DNA of 64,000 nucleotides from an uncultured virus (IMG/VR IMGVR_UViG_3300021958_000031) (IMGVR_UViG_3300021958_000031), one strand, 5' to 3'. Shown: positions 10,188-19,067, counted from the stretch's first letter. Numbers and translations: made by a program. The notes: generated by a model not told the origin, from the sequence alone.

Positions 10188-10755
10188 TAAAAAGTTCCTT
10201 TAGGTTATTTTTCTTAATTACATGTTTCAGCATATTAACATAGTTTTTTGCTTCAGCATAACTTGCACCTAAGTATTCAAAGTATTCTTCCTCTGAATCT
10301 AATCTGCTTAAATACCTACATTGATAAAAAGCGTAGTCGTATACTGATTCTCTCCAATGATTATAGTAAGCATGATTTCTTGAGGTACCTTCTGCTGTGG
10401 TAATTCTACGCCTTGCTTGCTTCATACCAAAAAGGTTATGGTTCTCCAAAAAGATATCACTTTTCCAATGACCAGTTTCTAAAATGGATTGTGCCATAAC
10501 TATGTGTGGGTAGTCAACATTAAGATCCGTTAACATAGACACTAATCTATCCTGTGAAAAGGTATCAACTTCAGCAATAAAAATTTGAGTTTCCCCCTCC
10601 TGAAGATTTTCAATAATTACCTCTTTTGCTGTATTCTTGCCTATGGAAAATCCAATGATAGCAATTAATAATAAAATTGATAAAAGATAAAGAACCCATG
10701 TCCTTATACATAACTCACTATACATTAGTTTTTCTTTGTCATATTTAAATATCAT
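10180..10755 (-). CDS. Membrane-anchored GH73 glucosaminidase (peptidoglycan hydrolase)
   Basis: N-terminal TM segment; AQSILETG, NLFGMK and YAE motifs. Confidence 0.82.
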   Translation of the reverse strand: MIFKYDKEKLMYSELCIRTWVLYLLSILLLIAIIGFSIGKNTAKEVIIENLQEGETQIFIAEVDTFSQDRLVSMLTDLNVDYPHIVMAQSILETGHWKSDIFLENHNLFGMKQARRRITTAEGTSRNHAYYNHWRESVYDYAFYQCRYLSRLDSEEEYFEYLGASYAEAKNYVNMLKHVIKKNNLKELFNE

Positions 10756-10866
10756 ACACTTTTTTTAAATTAATACAATAAGGCATACATCATTAGACAA
10801 AAATATACTAATGCGATACCTAAAAATATATCTATACTTGTTAGTTTTTCTAAAAACTTTTTCATA

Positions 10867-11052
10867 TTATTTTTCTTTTGGGATTGCTATCCAAAAAATA
10901 AGATATAGTAAAAAAGATGGGATCGTTGGAATACAAAACATGATTAGAAAAACTAGCCTCCATAATAAAGGTTCTACATCAAAGTAATTACCTAGGCCAT
11001 CACAGACTCCACCTAAAACACGATTCTTTCCTCTTTTTAGATTTTTTTCCAT
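10867..11052 (-). CDS. pspC: PspC-domain membrane protein
   Basis: R...VLGGVCDGLGNYFDV..LWRL...YLIFWIAIP. Confidence 0.85.
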   Translation of the reverse strand: MEKNLKRGKNRVLGGVCDGLGNYFDVEPLLWRLVFLIMFCIPTIPSFLLYLIFWIAIPKEK

Positions 11053-11054
11053 AA

Positions 11055-11519
11055 TTAAAAGTTACCGTCAGCTACCTGGAAGCAGGTTATTCCATTGTCT
11101 CTCCACATCTGAACTACCTTATCCCTATCATCAAAGACACAGATAATATCATCAGTGTTTGGAAATAAATCAGTAAGCCATTTTTTCTTAAGTAAATCAT
11201 CCTTCATCCATTTTAAACCGCCATCAGTTGGCCTCATCTTTAAAACATCAAATGGTATTTTATGATTATTTAACCAAGCCCTTGTTGCATCTTTAGTTGC
11301 TTTAGACCTACCACTAAATATTACTACACTATGCCCGGCTTTTTTAAGAGTTTGGGCCATCAAAATAACAGGCCAATTAGGCTTATCTAATTTAATGTTA
11401 TCAGGATCAAAGAAAGTATCCCAATCCATTTTACCGTTGTCTTTTGTGGAAATAGCTCGCCTATCGTCGATTAGTGCAAGTGTACCATCTAAATCAAAAA
11501 TTACAGTTTTAGTATTCAT
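11055..11519 (-). CDS. HAD phosphatase, like the polynucleotide kinase 3'-phosphatase domain
   Basis: FDLDGTL, SGR, MRP and FDDR..VV.MWR..G..CFQVA.GNF motifs. Confidence 0.88.
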   Translation of the reverse strand: MNTKTVIFDLDGTLALIDDRRAISTKDNGKMDWDTFFDPDNIKLDKPNWPVILMAQTLKKAGHSVVIFSGRSKATKDATRAWLNNHKIPFDVLKMRPTDGGLKWMKDDLLKKKWLTDLFPNTDDIICVFDDRDKVVQMWRDNGITCFQVADGNF

Positions 11520-11575
11520 ATATTATTTTGTTTATAATAAAAATATAACAAATAAAATGTAAATGTGAAAGATGG

Positions 11576-11776
11576 TTAAGAATTTTTTTGCTCCTCATCC
11601 CTAAGGCCTTGGATGTAAATAGCTTTTTGTTTTTTAAGTCTTTTAGTCTCAGACTTTTTAATATAATATTTGTTATCTTTAAGTTGCCTTATTTGTTTAG
11701 TTTTCTTTAGTTTTTGCTTATATCTTTTAAGCATTCTATCAATAGAGTCTTTTTCATTTCTTTTAATTATTATCAT
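11576..11776 (-). CDS. rpsU: 30S ribosomal protein bS21 (phage copy)
   Basis: SIDRMLKRYKQK...YYIKKSETKR...KAIYIQ matches Bacteroidota-type bS21. Confidence 0.88.
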   Translation of the reverse strand: MIIIKRNEKDSIDRMLKRYKQKLKKTKQIRQLKDNKYYIKKSETKRLKKQKAIYIQGLRDEEQKNS

Positions 11777-11791
11777 ATAGTATATATTTAG

Positions 11792-11866
11792 TCGGGGTGG
11801 CAGGATTCGAACCTGCGACCTCCTCGTCCCAAACGAGGCGCGATAACCGGGCTACGCTACACCCCG
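11792..11866 (-). tRNA. tRNA-Pro(UGG)
   Basis: Cloverleaf CGGGGTG...; anticodon arm CCTCG-TTTGGGA-CGAGG; GGTTCGAATCC T-arm. Confidence 0.95.
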
Positions 11867-11873
11867 AAAATTG

Positions 11874-11946
11874 TTGTCCCTACAGGGGTCGAACCTATAC
11901 TCTTCTGGACCAAAACCAGACGTGTTGCCAATTACACCAAGGGACA
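11874..11946 (-). tRNA. tRNA-Gln(UUG)
   Basis: TGTCCCT acceptor; anticodon arm TCTGG-TTTTGGT-CCAGA; GGTTCGACCCC T-arm. Confidence 0.93.
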
Positions 11947-11954
11947 GGTTAAAA

Positions 11955-12299
11955 TTACCTATTGTTCTTTACAATAAACTGGCCTATTGTACCTTCAATT
12001 TTTTGTAATCTTTGTTCTATTGAGTGAGAAATCTTATCAGCTCTTGAATCAATTAGCTTACCTAACTCCTGGGACTCATAGGCTGACGCTTTTTCTATTC
12101 TATCTACTTCTTTATCAAAGTGATCATATAGTTTTTCCAATTCAGTATTAAGGTCATCTGCAGTGTCCTCAATAAAATCTTCCATACTTTCTTCAGAAAA
12201 TTGAATTTCTGAAATTCTTTTCCAGATTTTAACCATACCTATCACGCCGAATATAAATAGCACGGTAAGTACACCTAAAATAAAATAAATCATTTCCAT
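11955..12299 (-). CDS. Single-TM coiled-coil protein
   Basis: N-terminal hydrophobic helix followed by an acidic coiled coil. Confidence 0.65.
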   Translation of the reverse strand: MEMIYFILGVLTVLFIFGVIGMVKIWKRISEIQFSEESMEDFIEDTADDLNTELEKLYDHFDKEVDRIEKASAYESQELGKLIDSRADKISHSIEQRLQKIEGTIGQFIVKNNR

Positions 12300-12313
12300 A
12301 GTTGTTGTTTTAA

Positions 12314-13021
12314 TTATTGTTTGTTATTATCTTTTCTTTTCCATATAGGGTGCCAGTAAATGTCAATATCAGGATTCCAATACCACCCTTCAGTACCTTT
12401 AGTATTTTGCTCCGCTTGTGTTGGTACATTTTCCAATTTAATTTTGATCATTTCCGGATCATCATACCAATTATGTAATATGATATACCTAGGATTCATT
12501 TGTTGGTTCACAGGATCTTCCGTTTTATTAAAAAATGAATAATAACCACCAGGGTTAATTAGCCGCCACATATTTGCATGAAAAGCGCCATCATCTTCTG
12601 CCCATGTATCAAAATATACTCCATCAAACATTCTACCTTCTTTTTCTAATCTAGGTAATACTTCTTGCCATTTTCCAAATATACATTCTACATTAGGCTT
12701 ATCTAACCACCCATCGGCCTTCATCTTTTTCCAAACAGTAGGATGGCATTCTATGATAGTATGATGTTCTATATTTTCTTTTTGAATAGCATCATCAATA
12801 TATCCCATACCGAAACCAACATTCAAAATCTTTCCTCCACCTTTACATATAGTTTTAGCAGCTACCTCCATTAAAGGCTTTTCCCACTCCATCATTATAG
12901 CTCTACCATTGTCATCTAATAAAGTCGTTTCAGTGTATACGATATTTCGTATCGTGTAATCAACGGCTTGCCCTTTGGTTACAAACTGATTAGTATTCTT
13001 ATGGTAATTAATGTTATTCAT
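12314..13021 (-). CDS. SAM-dependent methyltransferase, Rmt2/GAMT-like
   Basis: MMEWEKPLM, ILNVGFGMG, HTIIECHP and FDGVYFDTW motifs. Confidence 0.85.
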   Translation of the reverse strand: MNNINYHKNTNQFVTKGQAVDYTIRNIVYTETTLLDDNGRAIMMEWEKPLMEVAAKTICKGGGKILNVGFGMGYIDDAIQKENIEHHTIIECHPTVWKKMKADGWLDKPNVECIFGKWQEVLPRLEKEGRMFDGVYFDTWAEDDGAFHANMWRLINPGGYYSFFNKTEDPVNQQMNPRYIILHNWYDDPEMIKIKLENVPTQAEQNTKGTEGWYWNPDIDIYWHPIWKRKDNNKQ

Positions 13022-13026
13022 TTATT

Positions 13027-13055
13027 ATTATATGCAATAATATGAAAAGGTTTAA
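13027..13055 (-). promoter_or_regulatory. Class-2 promoter TTAAAC-17nt-TATAAT (representative of 10 copies)
   Basis: Same geometry at 7868, 13709, 15152, 18429, 29067, 42827, 46312, 52327 and 60730. Confidence 0.8.
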
Positions 13056-13059
13056 GCAT

Positions 13060-13095
13060 AAAAAAACCCAGGGTCCTAGAATCCTGGGTTTTATT
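13060..13095 (-). terminator. Intrinsic terminator after the beta-barrel gene
   Basis: AAAACCCAGG/CCTGGGTTTT inverted repeat with T-tract. Confidence 0.75.
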
Positions 13096-13109
13096 TATAA
13101 AAATTAGTT

Positions 13110-13538
13110 TTAGAATCTTAGTCCAAATCCTAATGTTAAATTTATTGTTTTATCTCCAGTGTGGTAAACCACTTTAGGGTCAACAAAAATAGCATCTCTG
13201 TGGAATGTGAACATTTTACCTAAACCTAATTCAAGATTATCAGTTTCAAATTCACTCATAGCAGCATATAGGAAAAAATCCTGTCCACCTGCATTCATAA
13301 AATATCTTGCATGAACATCCATTACAAGATCCTCTGTTGAGTCAGCTTGTGCAATTCCTAAACCTACCATAAGCTTATCGGATACTCCGTAACCTAAAGT
13401 TGGTGACATTGCCCATTCTGTCCATGCAACATTTGCAACGTCACCAGTACCTACGTACCAATCACCTTTTGCATTTTGTGCGTTTGCTCCAAAACCTACT
13501 AGGATTGTTAGAGCAAAAGTTAAAATTAAATTTTTCAT
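13110..13538 (-). CDS. Small outer-membrane beta-barrel protein
   Basis: Signal peptide ending ANA-Q, alternating beta strands and C-terminal LGFGLRF BAM-type signal. Confidence 0.82.
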   Translation of the reverse strand: MKNLILTFALTILVGFGANAQNAKGDWYVGTGDVANVAWTEWAMSPTLGYGVSDKLMVGLGIAQADSTEDLVMDVHARYFMNAGGQDFFLYAAMSEFETDNLELGLGKMFTFHRDAIFVDPKVVYHTGDKTINLTLGFGLRF

Positions 13539-13734
13539 TTTTAAAATTTTTTTGTTAAAATTATCGTTTTCATTGTTATTAAAACACTCAAATAGTATAA
13601 GAATAAATCTAGTACTTTTAAATTATCATATTATTTAAGTGAGTGGTTCATAAACAGATTAGTTTATGAATTTCTTTGATATTTTCTAATTTCTTTTTGT
13701 TATATTTAATTATATAGCATAAAGTTTATTTGTT

Positions 13735-14178
13735 TCATACATTATGAACTACTGATCCTGAAGGGATGTCAGTATTATTAGGTATATCTACACCTTCGTG
13801 TATTGTTACGTTATCTCCTATTGTTACCCCATCTCCTATATTACAATTTATATCTATAATAGTACCAGCCCCAATATACACCTGATCACCTATTACGGTA
13901 CCTGGTCTAATTAACGAGCAGCAACCAACAAATAATCCTTTACCTACAGTAACGCTGTTTAAGTTATTACACCCTTTAAATAATATCTCCAGTTTTGCCC
14001 CACCTAGTTGAGAGTTTTGAACGGCTACCCTATCATCACCGTTTTCTAATGCAATTACCCAGGGTAAATTACCAGGTGCTTGGTCATAATTAGATTCGTC
14101 AAATTGTGCATACTCACCGTCATTTAATAATGAGGTTATTTTTGTAGCCCAATCTCCAGTTCCATAAATGTTTAACAT
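13735..14178 (-). CDS. Hexapeptide-repeat (left-handed beta-helix) acetyltransferase-like protein
   Basis: Repeats VTVGKG / TVIGDQ / VYIGAG / CNIGDG / VTIGDN. Confidence 0.75.
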   Translation of the reverse strand: MLNIYGTGDWATKITSLLNDGEYAQFDESNYDQAPGNLPWVIALENGDDRVAVQNSQLGGAKLEILFKGCNNLNSVTVGKGLFVGCCSLIRPGTVIGDQVYIGAGTIIDINCNIGDGVTIGDNVTIHEGVDIPNNTDIPSGSVVHNV

Positions 14179-14201
14179 ATCTTTATTATTTGTTTATATA
14201 T

Positions 14202-14663
14202 TTAGTTAGTGTAAGATATATTTACATTTCCTGCTGTAGTATCAGTAACCCAATAAGGCGGTGGTGCGGTAACACTTTGTAAGTATATACCTTCTGTTGG
14301 TTTGTTTTGTATCTCACTGTAAAATTCAGCCAGCTCTTCCTCGGTCATAGATTCAATCATATCATTTAAAACCATGTCTAATGCATGTGATTCATCAAAC
14401 TCTTCATTAGGTTTATGACGATCAACATAAGGGTCATGTTTAGGTCCTTTTTGAACATAGAGTAAATTAGTTCCTATTAGCTCAGCTTCTAAAATACCAT
14501 CTACATAAATTTCCTTTACTGCATTGTATGGAAGTGATTCTGGGATTAATTCTTGATATAAATCTGATTGCGCTGAGATAATTTTTGCCACATACGCTTT
14601 AGTATATTTAACATTATACTCTGAGACTTTACCGCTTATTGTAATTGTTTTTACTTTTGACAT
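14202..14663 (-). CDS. Hypothetical protein
   Basis: 153-aa ORF. Confidence 0.6.
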   Translation of the reverse strand: MSKVKTITISGKVSEYNVKYTKAYVAKIISAQSDLYQELIPESLPYNAVKEIYVDGILEAELIGTNLLYVQKGPKHDPYVDRHKPNEEFDESHALDMVLNDMIESMTEEELAEFYSEIQNKPTEGIYLQSVTAPPPYWVTDTTAGNVNISYTN

Positions 14664-14685
14664 TAGTTTAGATTGTAATAAAAAA

Positions 14686-15113
14686 GGGAAGACGATACGG
14701 AAGGGCTTGAGAATACCTTCATCATTGCGAGCTGCTTTAAATTAGACTACCACTTTTTGAATTGCCATTCTATTACTTAATTAAACCGGCCGAGGTTTAA
14801 TCATCGTAATTGGTCATCATAACCTTTAAGTGTACCTTACGCCACATACTCTTTGCGTTGTTCAGTCATTAACTAGGCTTCGGCGGTCTGCCTTCCTAGA
14901 AGTCTTTGCAAAATCTCTGTTAGATTTTTATTGCATTGAACCTAAGTTCTGGTAATTACTCCAGTTCTGTTTCCTCATTTGAGTCATCAGCGAACCATCG
15001 TTCTAACTTAGTGCCTTATTCCCTTTTGCTCAGGAATTTTTCGGCCACGCATCTACACATAATTGGAATAATCATTTAGGAGCTACCTAAAGCCTTCCAT
15101 TCTGTGCCTTCCC
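14686..15113 (-). ncRNA. Large structured non-coding RNA (~428 nt), possibly GOLLD-like
   Basis: No long ORF. 5' GGGAAGGC...ATGGAAGG pairs with 3' CCTTCCGT...GTCTTCCC; many internal hairpins; own promoter (15152-15180) and a downstream U-tract. Confidence 0.7.
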
Positions 15114-15449
15114 ATAATTTCATAGAACTTTTTAATCCGTTTGGATTTATTATTATATACTTAATTTTAAAATAGTTTCATCATTTTTCAGGGGGATCCA
15201 TTATATGAGGAGCATATTGCATTACCTCAACCGTTTCTTCTACTGCGTTATATAATGAAATACCTAAAAGTGCCAAAGCACATGCGATAATAATTGCTAT
15301 TACTCCTTTCATTTCTCGTTTTACTTATTGCCAATACAAAAAAATATAGGCAATGGCTAAGTATACCTAACAACTGGACTTTCACCGTGTTTTTCGGGGT
15401 TATTGGTTTGCATACGATACTATTAACCCTTTTTCTCCCACTACCTATA

Positions 15450-15704
15450 TTACTTCTCTATATAATTGTTTGACATCAATGTCAATAAAATACTCACCTC
15501 TGTAGGATTAGTGAACCTAATCTCTGGAGTTTCAAATACTTCCACATACCATCCATCTTCTTCAACCTCATCACTTGCTTGAGAGATTAAGCTGAAGCTG
15601 CCTACGTCGTATACGTAGTAGTGCCAATCCTTTGATGTTCCACTATTCTCAGCTGTCTCGTCAATACGAGTGAAGTCTAAATCTAATAAATCCTTCTCTG
15701 TCAT
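15450..15704 (-). CDS. Hypothetical protein
   Basis: 84-aa acidic ORF. Confidence 0.65.
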   Translation of the reverse strand: MTEKDLLDLDFTRIDETAENSGTSKDWHYYVYDVGSFSLISQASDEVEEDGWYVEVFETPEIRFTNPTEVSILLTLMSNNYIEK

Positions 15705-16118
15705 ATGTCTTGATTAAACCATTCATCTACTGTTCCATTAGCATACCCAACACCGTGAGCAACCTTTCTTACCAATTCCATAAACTCAGTAAAGCTAAGG
15801 TCATCGTTTTCTCTTTCGATAGAAACCTTTTCATCGTAATGTTCAACTGTTATTTTCATTTCTCTTTAATTTTATATTCCGATTACAATTTCCCACTTTA
15901 ACCAACCTATAATAAATTCTAAATATCCGTTAAGGTCTCTGTTATGGGTTACCTTTACGTAAGGCGTTATGTATATTTGACTGGTAATACTGAAGACTCT
16001 TATTTTCATTTCTCGTGCTTATGCTCTCTAATATATTCTAATAATGCCATAGCCACTCTATAGTCTGAGTCAAACATTTGTGTTAGTTTTGTCTCAAGTT
16101 CTATAATATCTTTTAATG

Positions 16119-16442
16119 TCATTTCTCTGATGTATTAATTATACCACCAATGATTTTAGTATCAGCTAAATGACTCACATCATCTGGGTCGTATTCATGC
16201 CCCTTACACTTAATAATATAACCAGTATCAACACGTTCAAACGATTCTACTATAACATTAAGATCGTCTCCATAGACAATGTGAGATAGCATTTGACCTT
16301 TCTTAATAAATGGTCCTCCGCTTGGATCTATAAAATCATCTCCTGATCTCATCCATTCAAACTTTCCCTCCATTAACACATTACCATCCTCTTGTTTTGT
16401 GAATGAGTAAACATCTCCATATCTATTTGTGTATTTTGCCAT
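16119..16442 (-). CDS. Hypothetical phage protein
   Basis: 107-aa ORF with NRYGD and FIDPSGGPF motifs. Confidence 0.7.
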   Translation of the reverse strand: MAKYTNRYGDVYSFTKQEDGNVLMEGKFEWMRSGDDFIDPSGGPFIKKGQMLSHIVYGDDLNVIVESFERVDTGYIIKCKGHEYDPDDVSHLADTKIIGGIINTSEK

Positions 16443-16463
16443 ATTTTTATATTTTACTACCGG

Positions 16464-16537
16464 TGAACCAGACAGGATTCGAACCTGTGACCGTCTGCTT
16501 AGAAGGCAGATGCTCTATCCAACTGAGCTACTGGTCC
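16464..16537 (-). tRNA. tRNA-Arg(UCU)
   Basis: GGACCAG acceptor; anticodon arm TCTGC-CTTCTAA-GCAGA; GGTTCGAATCC. Confidence 0.95.
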
Positions 16538-16544
16538 AAATGTT

Positions 16545-16772
16545 TTAATCTAATTCTCCGTTACTCCATGCTTCATAAACAATTGCCATAACACCTTCAT
16601 CAATATCAGCTTCTTCCCAACCAGTAGATTCATTCCATACAAAGAATTCTGTGCTCTTTGGATTTTCAGCAATTCTTACCGATAAGTTTTCTCCATCTAC
16701 TTCAAGATCATATTCGTTAGTAGTTGCCCACCATACTTCATCTTTGCCTTTTACTTCAATTGTATAACTCAT
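16545..16772 (-). CDS. Hypothetical protein
   Basis: 75-aa acidic ORF. Confidence 0.6.
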   Translation of the reverse strand: MSYTIEVKGKDEVWWATTNEYDLEVDGENLSVRIAENPKSTEFFVWNESTGWEEADIDEGVMAIVYEAWSNGELD

Positions 16773-16774
16773 GA

Positions 16775-17044
16775 TTAAATCTTTTTAAGTGTTTCATTAG
16801 TCATACTAACAGTCTTATCATAATACCTTTCACCGCAGATTGCATCTTTGTATTGTTCAGCCCAATCCGGTCGGATAGAATAACCATTTGCATTAGTTCC
16901 AATAACTCTTCCTTTTTCTAGTTTATCTCTGAACACTGGAAGTACTTCTCCATTACGGTCAGTTTTTCCTTCAGGATGAGGTACACATGTCATTGGTCTG
17001 ATCCATGAAACTTTGTCTCCTACTTTTAATTCTACTTTTGTCAT
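16775..17044 (-). CDS. Hypothetical protein with SH3/KOW-like start
   Basis: LKVGDKV motif, 89 aa. Confidence 0.6.
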   Translation of the reverse strand: MTKVELKVGDKVSWIRPMTCVPHPEGKTDRNGEVLPVFRDKLEKGRVIGTNANGYSIRPDWAEQYKDAICGERYYDKTVSMTNETLKKI

Positions 17045-17065
17045 TTTTAATTATTTAAAGATTAG

Positions 17066-17151
17066 TACCGCTGGACGGATTCGAACCGTCACTCACCGTT
17101 CGGTGAAAGGGATTTTAAGTCCCTCGTGTCTACCAATTCCACCACAGCGGC
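17066..17151 (-). tRNA. tRNA-Leu(UAA)
   Basis: Anticodon arm AGGGA-CTTAAAA-TCCCT, long variable arm TCACCG-AA-CGGTGA, GGTTCGAATCC. Confidence 0.95.
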
Positions 17152-17160
17152 ATTCGTTAT

Positions 17161-17385
17161 TTACTTATTCTTTTTAGGGTTTACTGTGTTCTTATTAAAC
17201 ATAATTGAAAATAATACATTTAATCCGAAGGCTTGCCAGAATCCAATAGGATTAACAGCATCTATAGCCGGTACGAGGCATGAGTTCCAAAGCCATTGAG
17301 TAGGCCATGCAAGTATCAGTGCCAGAATCACAAGGCCTAATATAAGTAAAAAGGCGAATGCGAAGGGTGCGGTAATTTTATTCAT
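17161..17385 (-). CDS. Small membrane protein
   Basis: Two hydrophobic segments; WLWN...P...IGFWQAFGL. Confidence 0.7.
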   Translation of the reverse strand: MNKITAPFAFAFLLILGLVILALILAWPTQWLWNSCLVPAIDAVNPIGFWQAFGLNVLFSIMFNKNTVNPKKNK

Positions 17386-17605
17386 ATTTGTTATATTGTT
17401 TATAGTATAATTATAACAGGTTAAAAAGATTTCTGAAAGAGTTTATTAAAGTTATTTCTTACAACTTTTCTTATGCTTAAATATACCTCCACATTTACAC
17501 TTAATATAATGTATAGAAGTTATTATAATTGGTGATGATGCAATTGCAGTAAAAGCATTAGGGTGCCAATGATCACCACAGATACCAAGTATATGTTTTA
17601 CTAAT

Positions 17606-17788
17606 TCAATCATCATCTTTAAAAATACCGTATAAAAACATTAGCAAAAAGAAAGGCCATGCTATAAACCAAAAGACCCTTTCAAAGTTAGAGGCAGGTT
17701 CCATATCTAACCTCTCATAAAGAACATCAAAACAAAACCCACACACTACACCAATTGTAATATATGCAATCATGTAATTAGATACCAT
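17606..17788 (-). CDS. Small membrane protein
   Basis: Two hydrophobic segments in 60 aa. Confidence 0.6.
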   Translation of the reverse strand: MVSNYMIAYITIGVVCGFCFDVLYERLDMEPASNFERVFWFIAWPFFLLMFLYGIFKDDD

Positions 17789-18059
17789 CTACCAATTCTT
17801 TAATTTGGCCTGCAGCAACATTACCGATCTTCTTTCCTTTAATTTCACCATCTTCAAAATACATAAGAGTTGGAATACTTCTAATACTGTATTCTTTGGC
17901 AAGATCTGATTCTTCATCCACATTACAGAAGATAACCTTTATATCCGGATTATCATCTGCAAATTTTTGTACAGTAGGTTTCATTACTTTACATGGACCA
18001 CACCACGATGCCCAAAAGTCTACAAGTACTCTAGGTCCATTAAAATCTTCTTTAGTCAT
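17778..18059 (-). CDS. trxA: Thioredoxin
   Basis: VDFWASWCGPCK active site and SIPT cis-Pro loop. Confidence 0.95.
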   Translation of the reverse strand: MTKEDFNGPRVLVDFWASWCGPCKVMKPTVQKFADDNPDIKVIFCNVDEESDLAKEYSIRSIPTLMYFEDGEIKGKKIGNVAAGQIKELVDGI

Positions 18060-18079
18060 AATAAGTTTCTTTAAGGTAT

Positions 18080-18391
18080 TTATACAGGTGGATCAAGAGG
18101 TATGTTTGTATATCTCTCACTACCTAGTATTAGATTTGTTGTGGTGTCTGGGATACCGGCACCAACATAAGGTTCAAGTTTTTGCATAGCTTCAGTAATG
18201 TCTGTGGCTATAATATTGATTTGCTTTTCTACATTATTGTCTAAGTACACACATTCATAGATGAGGTGGTCTTTAATCTTAGATGTTTCTATTACTTCAA
18301 TACTAAGTACTACTGATTGTCTTGGAATTATTTTTAAAGACTTAAGTAATTCAGATTTACTTCTACTATATTTCTTTTTAAGTTTTGCCAT
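18080..18391 (-). CDS. Hypothetical protein
   Basis: ORF downstream of the promoter at 18429-18457; likely start MAKLKKK. Confidence 0.6.
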   Translation of the reverse strand: MAKLKKKYSRSKSELLKSLKIIPRQSVVLSIEVIETSKIKDHLIYECVYLDNNVEKQINIIATDITEAMQKLEPYVGAGIPDTTTNLILGSERYTNIPLDPPV

Positions 18392-18459
18392 TACTTTCAA
18401 TTCTTTTTAAAAATTGTTATTGTTTATTATTATATTGCAAATTTGTATTTTGTTTACGG

Positions 18460-18536
18460 TCGGCCGAGAGAGACTTGAACTCTCATGTAACCAATTACTC
18501 TTTCTACAAGGTATAAGCTTGAGGAGATACCGGCCG
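18460..18536 (-). tRNA. Atypical tRNA-like RNA, anticodon UAU (Ile), D-arm missing from its normal position
   Basis: CGGCCGG/TCGGCCG acceptor, GAGAG-TTCAAGT-CTCTC T-arm, CAAG-CTTATAC-CTTG anticodon arm, and GTAA-TTGG-TTAC hairpin in the variable position. Confidence 0.75.
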
Positions 18537-18545
18537 ATGTTTTAG

Positions 18546-18770
18546 TTAACCTATAGCGGTTACTATAACAGAAGAGTCTATCGCGGTAAACTCTCCGCCG
18601 TCAAATATCTGACAGTGGGTTAAACTACCTCGTTGTTTGTTCACCAGGAGGGTATCAGTTCCACTTGGTGTAGAGATAGTAAACACGGAGCCAGAGGGGA
18701 GGCGCCACAATTTGTAATGGTTACCCTTAATGGGTTCTTTGATCGTCCAGTCTTTAATGTTTCTTGACAT
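18546..18770 (-). CDS. Hypothetical protein
   Basis: 74-aa ORF. Confidence 0.55.
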   Translation of the reverse strand: MSRNIKDWTIKEPIKGNHYKLWRLPSGSVFTISTPSGTDTLLVNKQRGSLTHCQIFDGGEFTAIDSSVIVTAIG

Positions 18771-19067
18771 GGTCTTGTAATTAAAATGTTTATATAAAAT
18801 GTAGGGTTGTTTTCTGAGTTCTTAGAGGTTCGGCACATTTTCTAATGGCGGTCGCACATTCGCACATAGCAGCACATAGTTCCACTTAGAGTATCGAGTT
18901 AGCCCAGGAAGTATCCAAGCCAAAGATATGACAGAACGCCACCGCAAAAGCAAAGCCAAGTGTTGCTAGTAAAATTCCAATCGCGCCATTAGCCAAACAC
19001 CATAAGCAGTATTCAGCAGTTCGTTTAATTTTTTTAGTCTTCATATTCACCATTCCATTTGTAATTA

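Noticed and set aside
14686..15113. Large RNA as RNase P RNA, tmRNA or a self-splicing intron
   Set aside because: No GAGGAAAGUCC RNase P core, no tRNA-like 3' end with T-loop and CCA, and it does not interrupt a gene. A covariance search is still needed to exclude divergent forms.
16403..16591. Plus-strand 62-aa ORF
   Set aside because: Antisense translation of tRNA-Arg.
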